From Patescibacteria group bacterium (GTDB lineage: Bacteria; Patescibacteriota; Microgenomatia; UBA1400; MFAQ01): a stretch of DNA of 64,000 bases. Position 1 is the first letter of the stretch, and every line of letters starts with the position of its first letter. The notes below the pieces were generated by a model. It did no database searches. It worked only from the letters and a program-made list of their open reading frames with translations, and was not told where the DNA came from. Below, in pieces: positions 54,363 through 62,230 of this stretch. The translations under genes were made by a program, and so were the position numbers. The DNA is taken from NCBI GenBank assembly GCA_943355005.1, contig CALRDV010000003.1:72590-136589 (forward strand). Direction: 5' to 3'.

Positions 54363-54871
54363 TCACCTGCAAGGATGGTCCTTGCAGGTCTTAAGGGTTG
54401 AAGAGAACTGTCGATGAGAGCGGAGGAAGTCCACAAGGATATAGACTTGGGAATGTGGAGAAAGGTTAGTTGAGAATAAAGGTCTCCCCTATTGATTAAT
54501 TCCATAATTTTCCAACAAATTTGGTTGCAATGCGAATTACCCATTGCTTTGCCAAGTTTCATATATTCGTCTGGCTCTAGAAAATTATTAAGGTTGGTTT
54601 GCTCAGGAGTGTTATGCTCAAATTCGTTGCGAAATTGATTTGTGCAGATAGTTTCGATTCTAATTTTATCTTGATCTACACCAGTGTATGATCCTAAACC
54701 GAGAATAAATTTGGGTTGGTCGTGCAACAACAGTCTTAGAAAGTGGCTGAAATTGCTTGGATTTGTAATGTAACTGCAATCTGTGTTGCGAAGTTTATAC
54801 AAAATATTTTTGGTGGGAGGAAAAGAAAATGCGTAGATTTGGTTTTCGAAGAGGTTTGTTGTATTTTTCAT
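54359..54871 (-). CDS. Hypothetical protein, possibly pyroglutamyl-peptidase I (C15)-like.
   Basis: GNSHCNQICWKI and LTFLHIPKS resemble the C15 Cys and His motifs (G-x-x-x-C-N and IHVP). The N-terminus is atypical. The C-terminus is encoded by a REP copy. Confidence 0.4.
   Translation of the reverse strand: MKNTTNLFENQIYAFSFPPTKNILYKLRNTDCSYITNPSNFSHFLRLLLHDQPKFILGLGSYTGVDQDKIRIETICTNQFRNEFEHNTPEQTNLNNFLEPDEYMKLGKAMGNSHCNQICWKIMELINRGDLYSQLTFLHIPKSISLWTSSALIDSSLQPLRPARTILAGD
54366..54388 (-). repeat. REP palindrome downstream of RAYT, forming an inverted pair with the copy at 53620.
   Basis: cctgcaaggatggtccttgcagg. Confidence 0.8.
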
Positions 54872-54895
54872 AGCCGAGAGATTGCATTGCTATTG

Positions 54896-54918
54896 CCTGC
54901 AAGGATGGTCCTTGCAGG
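54896..54918 (-). repeat. REP palindrome.
   Basis: cctgcaaggatggtccttgcagg. Confidence 0.8.
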
Positions 54919-54931
54919 TGAAGCAGGTAAG

Positions 54932-55594
54932 TTAATATTTGAATAATTTGTTGTAGCAGTTTGTACTCTTAATATAACCTGCGACTTGGGCTTCTTTTTC
55001 GGAGCAAAACCATTGTTCCCCTAAGTACAATTGGACTTTGGATACCTGATAGCTGGAACAACCTGGGAAGAAATAAATTTTTGTGCCCTTGCTACCAATG
55101 CTCCCCTTAATGTTACATTTAGGATTTACTGGATTGACTATCTGAGTGCAGATCTCGCCGTAAATCCCCTTCCCCGATTTCATGGCATCTTGATGGAGTT
55201 TGAGAACTGTTTCTCTCTCAGGAATTTCTTGAGAATTATATCCAGCCCACCCAGAGGCTATTATTTCCTGATTAATATATTTATTACCAAGATAGATGGA
55301 GGCGACATCGCGACCATAGGAATCAGTGATGATGGGGACGATTTTGACCAACCTATCCCCTATCAAACTTTTCAATAGTTCAGCCGACTCTTTACTGCCA
55401 CACAAACCTTTTTCCGGAGCTTCGACACCAGCCAGTCGGACACGACGAGAATTTTCGATGAGAATAGTATCTCCATCTAGTACGTCAACGACGTGGTGAA
55501 GTTCGCTTCTGGTGGCTTTGATGTATTGAAAAATATTGACACTAATCGAGAAAATAAGAAGAAAGATAAGCAAAATTTGCAGGAATTTTGACAT
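54932..55594 (-). CDS. Secreted thermonuclease (SNase-like) with a C-terminal Cys-containing domain.
   Basis: Signal peptide, then VLDGDTI ... RLAGVEAPE nuclease motifs, then the C-terminal module CNIKGS...KIYFFPGCSSY...WFCSEKEAQVAGY. Confidence 0.75.
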   Translation of the reverse strand: MSKFLQILLIFLLIFSISVNIFQYIKATRSELHHVVDVLDGDTILIENSRRVRLAGVEAPEKGLCGSKESAELLKSLIGDRLVKIVPIITDSYGRDVASIYLGNKYINQEIIASGWAGYNSQEIPERETVLKLHQDAMKSGKGIYGEICTQIVNPVNPKCNIKGSIGSKGTKIYFFPGCSSYQVSKVQLYLGEQWFCSEKEAQVAGYIKSTNCYNKLFKY

Positions 55595-55640
55595 GATTTA
55601 ATATTACTCTTTTGGGGAATGATATTTTTGGATATATACT

Positions 55641-56279
55641 ATGGCTTTGAATATGACTACTGGAAAAGAATATTGGAATAATGAAGCGAAACAATGGAAA
55701 AATTCTCATGGATTGGGTGAGAGAGCAGAGAATGCCAGGAGTTTTATACGGGATGAGGTTGGAAAATTTTTGCCTACAGATAATAATGACCTCATACTAA
55801 ATCTGGGGGCTGGAAATGATTTTCAAAGTTTAAATCTATGGAATCCGGAGCGGATTATTTCTTTAGATTATGCACATAAAATGCTTGATGAAGATTGTAT
55901 TTTTAAACCAGTTGAAGCCGATGTTAGAGATGCTTTACCAATTTTAGACAGTTCAGTTGGGATGGTCTGTTCCTTCTTCTTGATGAGATACCTAAGTCAC
56001 GAACAAAGAGTAGCTCTGCTAACAGAATCAGATAGGCTATTGAAGCCAGGAGGATATGTGCTGTTTATTGATGTGCCGGATAATTCTCATTTTTTGCAGG
56101 TGGAGAAGTTTGACCCTAGTACTTTGGTAGATGCTGTTAGTTCGCTTGGTATGGAGCTAAAAAGAAAAGTATCAACACTTAGAAAAGTGGGTAGATATGT
56201 CGAAACTGGCTTTGGTGGCTGGCATGAAGGTGGAAGTTATGTAATTGGATCTTTGGTCGCTATGAAGAAGTTTCGATAA
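55641..56279 (+). CDS. Putative class I SAM-dependent methyltransferase.
   Basis: Motif I-like LNLGAGND and motif LLKPGGYVLFIDV. Confidence 0.5.
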   Translation: MALNMTTGKEYWNNEAKQWKNSHGLGERAENARSFIRDEVGKFLPTDNNDLILNLGAGNDFQSLNLWNPERIISLDYAHKMLDEDCIFKPVEADVRDALPILDSSVGMVCSFFLMRYLSHEQRVALLTESDRLLKPGGYVLFIDVPDNSHFLQVEKFDPSTLVDAVSSLGMELKRKVSTLRKVGRYVETGFGGWHEGGSYVIGSLVAMKKFR

Positions 56280-56337
56280 AAGTTTACTATTCTACCTATT
56301 TCCAGGCTTAATTTGACAATCTCGGTATAATTAAGGC

Positions 56338-56598
56338 ATGTTAAGTATAAATATCGGTAGGAGGAGTTTGGAAAAAATGACGGCATCTCTGGCAGTAGTT
56401 TTGCTTACGTTGATGGTGTTTACTGTGACGCTGGCGATTTCGAACTCGGTTTTTAACTGGGACTTATTCCCTCCTGAGATTGAAAAGGTTGGGACGGTTT
56501 TCATGATAGTCTCGACCTCGATTATTTTTTCTTCGGTAATTATCAACATTATGGTAAATATTGGCAGAATTGCAGACAAAATCGATGGCGGAAAATAA
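56338..56598 (+). CDS. Small membrane protein.
   Basis: 86 aa with two hydrophobic helices. Confidence 0.4.
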   Translation: MLSINIGRRSLEKMTASLAVVLLTLMVFTVTLAISNSVFNWDLFPPEIEKVGTVFMIVSTSIIFSSVIINIMVNIGRIADKIDGGK

Positions 56599-57103
56599 TT
56601 CATACATCAAGATAAATATCTGGCAACTGACGGTAGTTGCTCTGCTCATTACTCTCACTGTTCTGGGAGGCTCGTGGTGGAATCGGCGGAGATTGGATGA
56701 AAAACTGGTAAGAATAAAAGCCAGTGTCGAAAGAATTTATCAAGCACGGAAGGATGAAATAATTAAGGTGATAAAGACCGGGGAAAAGGTTTCTGAAATC
56801 AATCTGCTGAGACAGATAAATGAACCAGAAAAAGGAATTATAAATATAAATTTTCTGATAATAGATGGTGATGGGTATCGACTGGTTTCTGATATGTACT
56901 CGGACGGTAAATTGAATTCTGATAAAACGAGCTATCTAAAACAGATCTTGATGGATGGCAAGAGTGTTGCTACAGATGTTGACGTCTTCCCTCGTCAGCA
57001 ATGGGAAGGTGAAAAAGTTTATGCCTTTACACCCATTTTGGGCTACGACGGGAAACTGCTGGGCTATATGGTTTTGGGCATAAACAGGAAGCAAAACATC
57101 TAA
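56561..57103 (+). CDS. Hypothetical membrane-anchored protein.
   Basis: 180 aa with an N-terminal TM. Confidence 0.5.
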   Translation: MAELQTKSMAENNSYIKINIWQLTVVALLITLTVLGGSWWNRRRLDEKLVRIKASVERIYQARKDEIIKVIKTGEKVSEINLLRQINEPEKGIININFLIIDGDGYRLVSDMYSDGKLNSDKTSYLKQILMDGKSVATDVDVFPRQQWEGEKVYAFTPILGYDGKLLGYMVLGINRKQNI

Positions 57104-57153
57104 AATTTTCCTGCTTGGAAGTAATTAGAGGTGGTTCGGTCGAAGTTTGTTTT

Positions 57154-57423
57154 TTATTTTATTTTCTTTTGGAGCTTTACATAAAGCAATTTGGCTTCTT
57201 CATCTGTAACTTTTTCAGAGGAGCCATAAAGAGCTGTTAGTTGATCTCTGCAAGCTTGAAGTACTTGTGGGCTCAAATCAGGTGAATTTCTTACTCCTGC
57301 CATAAGACTTTTTGCCATTTTGACATCTTGCATAAAGGGGTCTCCTATGACTGTATCTCTTTTACTCATCATGACCACCATTTCTACTGCGGTTTCCAGA
57401 GGGCTTAGTGGTTGTTTTTCCAT
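57154..57423 (-). CDS. Hypothetical protein.
   Basis: 89 aa ORF, adjacent to the next gene in an operon-like arrangement. Confidence 0.45.
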   Translation of the reverse strand: MEKQPLSPLETAVEMVVMMSKRDTVIGDPFMQDVKMAKSLMAGVRNSPDLSPQVLQACRDQLTALYGSSEKVTDEEAKLLYVKLQKKIK

Positions 57424-57424
57424 T

Positions 57425-57784
57425 TTACGTATATCGCCCTAATATTTCTTTGGTTCTAAATCTGGTGATTTTAGAAATTAAATCGAAGGGAATTGGTTTG
57501 TCTAGTGGAAATTGAATAGAGCCTTTGGCATGGACATAGGATAAGAGGTCTTTTTCGAATTTGGTCACGCCGGATGGTGCTGGATAAAAACCGATATGGT
57601 TTTTAAAAGCGGCGAAATGAACTAAGTTCTTGTCGTTTAGTCTAAAAGTTGGCATGCCGTAAGAAATTGCCTCGATAGCTGTCGGGGCGGTCTGCTGAAT
57701 AGTTGACCTTACCTTCTCTAGTTTTAGTTGTATTACATTAGGAAATGTTCCAATATATTCGTCAATCGAAGTGTAAGATCTCAT
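57425..57784 (-). CDS. DUF1801/YdhG-like domain protein.
   Basis: 119 aa. The pattern IDEYI...VRSTI...AIEAISYGMPTF...NLVHFAAFKNHIGFYP is typical of the family. Confidence 0.5.
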   Translation of the reverse strand: MRSYTSIDEYIGTFPNVIQLKLEKVRSTIQQTAPTAIEAISYGMPTFRLNDKNLVHFAAFKNHIGFYPAPSGVTKFEKDLLSYVHAKGSIQFPLDKPIPFDLISKITRFRTKEILGRYT

Positions 57785-57799
57785 AAGATTTGTCTTAAA

Positions 57800-58105
57800 T
57801 TAGTGAATAAGGCTGGTGTAAAGTGTAAGTAAGATTAGAATTGTTATGCCGGCAAAAACGGCAATCGTCTGAACAAATAGATTGATGGCTTCTTTCTTTT
57901 TTCCGTCTATAAATAATAGAATGGGTTGAAGACAAAAGAGATAAGCCATAACGGCTGCGGACAAAGTAAAAACCGAAATAAAAGCGACAGGTGCAAGGAA
58001 TGAATCTGGTTTATCTGCAAATTTCCCAGCATAAGTCATCAGTGAGACTACTAGGAATATATAGGCGCTGGCAAGGATTCCGTTCTGAAAAGGGTTTTTG
58101 CTCAT
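57800..58105 (-). CDS. Small membrane protein.
   Basis: 101 aa with three hydrophobic helices. Confidence 0.45.
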   Translation of the reverse strand: MSKNPFQNGILASAYIFLVVSLMTYAGKFADKPDSFLAPVAFISVFTLSAAVMAYLFCLQPILLFIDGKKKEAINLFVQTIAVFAGITILILLTLYTSLIH

Positions 58106-58138
58106 AAGGAAATTATACTCGGGCTGGTAAAATGGGTT

Positions 58139-59305
58139 GTGAAGCGAAATATTTCAATCGCCTACTTTTTGTCTTTTGCCTTTCATTCCTGGTTTTGGAT
58201 GGGAAATTGGATATTTTATTATCTGAGCTTCGGAAGTTATGCTACGGTAGCCTTGTTAGATTCCGGATCGGTTATGGCCGGTTTATTGATGGAAATCCCG
58301 ACGGGGGCATTCGCCGATATCATGGGTAAAAAGAAAACTTTAATGATTGCCTTCCTGCTTCAAGCTATTGGGAATATTATGATGGGTATTTCCGGAAGTT
58401 TTTGGATGCTGGCGATTTCTCTTTGGCTTTTTGTGTGTGTCGGTGGAGCTTTTTACTCGGGGACGCTCGACGCTTTAGTTTTTGATAGCTTAAAGGTGCT
58501 GAAGGAAGAACATTTATTTGAGAGAAAAATCGGAACCATTAACGCTACCAGACTCTGGGCCATGGCTATTTGTGGGGTGATAGGAGGCCTCCTGTACTCT
58601 TTTTCACCTGGGCTGCCATATATATTGAATGGCATTGTTTGTCTTACGGGGTTGATTGCATGTTTTTATCTGGAAGAACCTAAAATTGATACAGATAAAT
58701 ATTCGATTATGAGTTTCTTTAAGCAAAACACCTTAGGAATCAAAGAACTGTTTAAAAACGCTTATATGTCTAAGCTATCCTTATTTTTGATTGCTACGGG
58801 CGCTATGGGGATATTTATTTACAACATCTTAGATGATTTACTAGCAGTGGAATATGGCTACTCTCCCCTTGGGGTGAGTATTCTATTTTCGATTGTTTGT
58901 CTGGTGGCAGGCTTTGCTTCTTTGTATCTGCCCAGATGGAAGGTGAAGCTTGACCAGAGATTGGTACTAATTGTTTCGATGATTGTGATGGCTTTACTGC
59001 TGATACTGTCCCCTGTTGTTGGTATGATTGCCGGAGGCGTACTGCTATTATTTAGAGTAATTCTTGAGGTGCTGGGAGATAATGCGGCTTCTGTGATGGT
59101 TAACCTAAATACCGAATCAAAAGTTAGAGCCACGACACTTTCTTCTTTGAGTTTACTGCGTAGTATTCCCTATGCCGTCGGTGGGAGTTTGCTCGGAAGT
59201 GCTGTTCTCCTCGTGGGTGGAGCTAGAAATTTCGCGATGTGGTTTGGGCTGGTGCTCATGATCATCGCCGTAGTGTTGGGATTGAGGATTGAAAAGAGGG
59301 TGTAA
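58139..59305 (+). CDS. MFS transporter.
   Basis: 388 aa with about 12 TM segments and the motif GAFADIMGKKK. Confidence 0.75.
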   Translation: MKRNISIAYFLSFAFHSWFWMGNWIFYYLSFGSYATVALLDSGSVMAGLLMEIPTGAFADIMGKKKTLMIAFLLQAIGNIMMGISGSFWMLAISLWLFVCVGGAFYSGTLDALVFDSLKVLKEEHLFERKIGTINATRLWAMAICGVIGGLLYSFSPGLPYILNGIVCLTGLIACFYLEEPKIDTDKYSIMSFFKQNTLGIKELFKNAYMSKLSLFLIATGAMGIFIYNILDDLLAVEYGYSPLGVSILFSIVCLVAGFASLYLPRWKVKLDQRLVLIVSMIVMALLLILSPVVGMIAGGVLLLFRVILEVLGDNAASVMVNLNTESKVRATTLSSLSLLRSIPYAVGGSLLGSAVLLVGGARNFAMWFGLVLMIIAVVLGLRIEKRV

Positions 59306-59359
59306 TAAACCCACCGGATGGCTGGATATTTGTCGCACAATAATTTGCTATGATTAATT

Positions 59360-60307
59360 GTGGCTAAAAAGCAAGTAAATGATTTGGGTTTAAGGATACT
59401 TATTCGGAGATATTTGAGCTTTATTGAGGTGGAGAAAAACTATTCGAAGTTTACTATTCGTAACTACTCCCACTATCTCGATATGTTCCGTAAATGGTTT
59501 GAGAAACATTATGAGCAGGAGTATATCGAGAAATTGACAAGTGAAATGGTTCGTAAGTACAGATTATTTTTAACTAGATTTGAGACCAAAGAAGGTAAGC
59601 AGCTCTCCCCTACTACGCAGAGTTATTACGTGATTGCTTTGAGGGCGTTTCTAAAATATTGCAGCAAAAAAGGTATAAAAACTTTGTCGGCAGAAAAGGT
59701 AGATTTGCCGAAGGCCAGTGAACATCAAATAAAGTTTCTGGACCGAGAACAAGTTGAAAGACTTTTGATGGCCCCGGATACCTCAACAGTTCCAGGTCTG
59801 AGGGATAGAACTATTTTGGAAGTATTGTTTAGTACCGGTTTGCGTGTGTCTGAAATGGCTAAGCTGGATATAGATAAAATTGATTTGAAAGAGAGAGAGT
59901 TTGGGATAATTGGCAAGGGCCGTCGAGCCAGGGTGGTCTTTATTTCTGAACGGGCCAATGTATGGCTTGGCAGATATCTGTCGGCTAGGACAGATCCTTT
60001 TAGAGCCCTGTGGGTGCGAGTGCCCAGAAGTGGTGATTGGGACCCGACTATGGGAAATGAGAAGGCTAGACTGTCGGTCAGAGGGATTCAAAGAATTGTG
60101 GAAAAATATAGAAGGTCAGCAGGAATAGCGATAAAGGTTAGTCCTCATATACTGAGACACTCCTTCGCCACTACCCTACTCCAGCAAGGTGCTGATTTGA
60201 GAAGTGTTCAGGAAATGCTGGGGCACAAAAATGTAGCCACAACTCAGATATATACGCACGTAACCAATCCCCAGCTCAAGAAGATCCACGATCAGTTTTT
60301 GAAATAA
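59360..60307 (+). CDS. Tyrosine recombinase XerC/XerD.
   Basis: HILRHSFATTLLQQGADLRSVQEMLGHKNVATTQIYTHV and catalytic residues R...HxxR...Y. XerC versus XerD is not resolved. Confidence 0.85.
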   Translation: MAKKQVNDLGLRILIRRYLSFIEVEKNYSKFTIRNYSHYLDMFRKWFEKHYEQEYIEKLTSEMVRKYRLFLTRFETKEGKQLSPTTQSYYVIALRAFLKYCSKKGIKTLSAEKVDLPKASEHQIKFLDREQVERLLMAPDTSTVPGLRDRTILEVLFSTGLRVSEMAKLDIDKIDLKEREFGIIGKGRRARVVFISERANVWLGRYLSARTDPFRALWVRVPRSGDWDPTMGNEKARLSVRGIQRIVEKYRRSAGIAIKVSPHILRHSFATTLLQQGADLRSVQEMLGHKNVATTQIYTHVTNPQLKKIHDQFLK

Positions 60308-60374
60308 TTGTACTTATTAGGATATAGAATGGTGTAAAATTGGCTGAATCCTAGCTATTTAACAAGGAGGTTCC

Positions 60375-60833
60375 ATGAGAGTACTTAATATCGGAGATTT
60401 AAGAACTGGAGACCGAATACGTGTTGGAAATGAAGTTCTTGTTGTAATCGCAAAATTAAATGAGGATAGCCTACTGGTAGATAGTGGGCGAATCGTTGAA
60501 TTTTCAAAAGTCGCTTCGGTATACGATTTGGGTTTGGATATGAAATTTGTAATTATTTCATACCCAGATGTCGAGATTTTCAGATCACATGGCTTACAAG
60601 TTTATGGTTTTAGCGAGGTTCTTGTTGGGGATATTTTGATTGATGTGAGTGGTATCATCGGTGAACTTGTCACTGTAGCTGTAATCGATGTGCCACGTAA
60701 AACTGCCTATTCTCAAAACGGCGAAATGCTTCTTTCCGACAGTTCAATCTATTTAAAAACCGGTTGGAGAACGAAAGCGACAGATCTGTTAACAGAAGAT
60801 GGAAAGTATATTTTGAGTAAGCTGTACCAATAA
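60375..60833 (+). CDS. Hypothetical protein.
   Basis: 152 aa. Terminator at 60851-60882 (atcccccgcatgtttatgcgggggat followed by ttt). Confidence 0.5.
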   Translation: MRVLNIGDLRTGDRIRVGNEVLVVIAKLNEDSLLVDSGRIVEFSKVASVYDLGLDMKFVIISYPDVEIFRSHGLQVYGFSEVLVGDILIDVSGIIGELVTVAVIDVPRKTAYSQNGEMLLSDSSIYLKTGWRTKATDLLTEDGKYILSKLYQ

Positions 60834-61009
60834 CTTGCTACTTATCCCCCGCATGTTTATGCGGGGGATTTTATTTATGCTTTATCCAAGAATTGGCGAA
60901 GCTGGGGAAGTCAATATGACAAATTTGTTGACATAAAGCACAACAAGATCCCCGATAATATTAGAGCCCTCCTAGTAATAGGAGGGTTTTCTTTATATAC
61001 TCTTGAGTT

Positions 61010-61711
61010 ATGGAACTTGAAGAAAAACTAAAGGAAGAAGTGGTTAAGGGTTTGGTTAATCATGCTCTTGACCAGGTTAGGATGAGATATGGTAGTGGAG
61101 AGTACGGGGTCGAGAGTAAGAAAAGATATCACAACGAAAAGCATTCAAAACTAGTTATAGAAGAGGCAAAACAATTAGGGGTAAAGGCTTTAGAAAATGG
61201 AAAAATTAAAACTGAAGAGTTGCCCCTTCTTATAATTGCTGCCGCTTATCATGACTTGGAACAGGATATGGGAAGTGGTGAGAATGAGCGTATAAGTGCT
61301 AAAGCGGCGGTTGAAATGATGACCAATTCAAAACTCTTCACGCTTGAAGAAATTAAGACCGTGGAGACAGTTATACTTTCGACTGAGGTAAGTTTTGCCA
61401 CGGGAGTAATGGAGCAGCCATTTACTACAGTAAATTACATGACCCAGTTGATTGCCGATGCTGATTTGGCAAATTTGGGTCAAGAGACATCTGAGTTTTG
61501 GAGATGTACAAATCTGTTAATGAAAGAGGTTTTTAACACAGATGAATTAACCACTGCTAATGAGGCCAAATTTCTACCCGGTAGCGAGAGCTTGCTCACA
61601 AATCATAAGTACTTTACGGAAGAAGCTCGGGTTAAATATCCTCATCAGTCGGAAAATCTAAAGGAAGTGCAGGACAAATTATTGAAGTTAAAACCTTCCG
61701 TTCTTGTGTAA
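61010..61711 (+). CDS. HD-domain protein.
   Basis: H...HD pattern (YHNEKHSKLV ... AAAYHDLEQD). Confidence 0.55.
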   Translation: MELEEKLKEEVVKGLVNHALDQVRMRYGSGEYGVESKKRYHNEKHSKLVIEEAKQLGVKALENGKIKTEELPLLIIAAAYHDLEQDMGSGENERISAKAAVEMMTNSKLFTLEEIKTVETVILSTEVSFATGVMEQPFTTVNYMTQLIADADLANLGQETSEFWRCTNLLMKEVFNTDELTTANEAKFLPGSESLLTNHKYFTEEARVKYPHQSENLKEVQDKLLKLKPSVLV

Positions 61712-62224
61712 TTAAACTTCGTCAACAATCTCGAGGATTTGATCGATGATGTTTTCATTCTCGTCGAACATAAAACTAGCTTTGACTTTTGAACCACTCA
61801 GAATTATGGGGAACCAGATCTCATCATCCCACCACATATCTTTGTATGGTATGTCATCAAAAATAAACCATTGAGGTTTCATCTCCTCTGTCTCGATTGG
61901 GTCACCTATCCAATCGCGAACAATAAAAACATGGACCTGTTGATTTAGTCCTTTGCCGTCAAGATTTTGAGGATGGTAAAAATTTATAACGCAAACTTTT
62001 TCGAGATTTTCTGGCGTGACGCCTATTTCTTCCTCTGTTTCTCTAATGGCTGCGTCCAGATCTGATTCTCCAAGGTCGGTTTTACCGCCAACCCCATTCC
62101 ATTTTCCGACACCGAATCCTCTTTTCTTCATGGCCAGCAAAATTCTGTTATTATCCAAAAGCAGGGTAAGGGTGACATGACGAAGCGGCTCATTTAGGGC
62201 CGCTTCGTACTCTTTGATATTCAT
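61712..62224 (-). CDS. Nudix hydrolase of the MutT/MTH1-like type (8-oxo-dGTP diphosphatase-like).
   Basis: Nudix box GGKTDLGESDLDAAIRETEEEIGV. KRGFGVGKWNGVGGK and KPQWFIFDDIPYKDMWWDDEIWFPIIL closely resemble the NUDT1/MTH1 signature. Confidence 0.8.
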   Translation of the reverse strand: MNIKEYEAALNEPLRHVTLTLLLDNNRILLAMKKRGFGVGKWNGVGGKTDLGESDLDAAIRETEEEIGVTPENLEKVCVINFYHPQNLDGKGLNQQVHVFIVRDWIGDPIETEEMKPQWFIFDDIPYKDMWWDDEIWFPIILSGSKVKASFMFDENENIIDQILEIVDEV

Positions 62225-62230
62225 AAAGTA

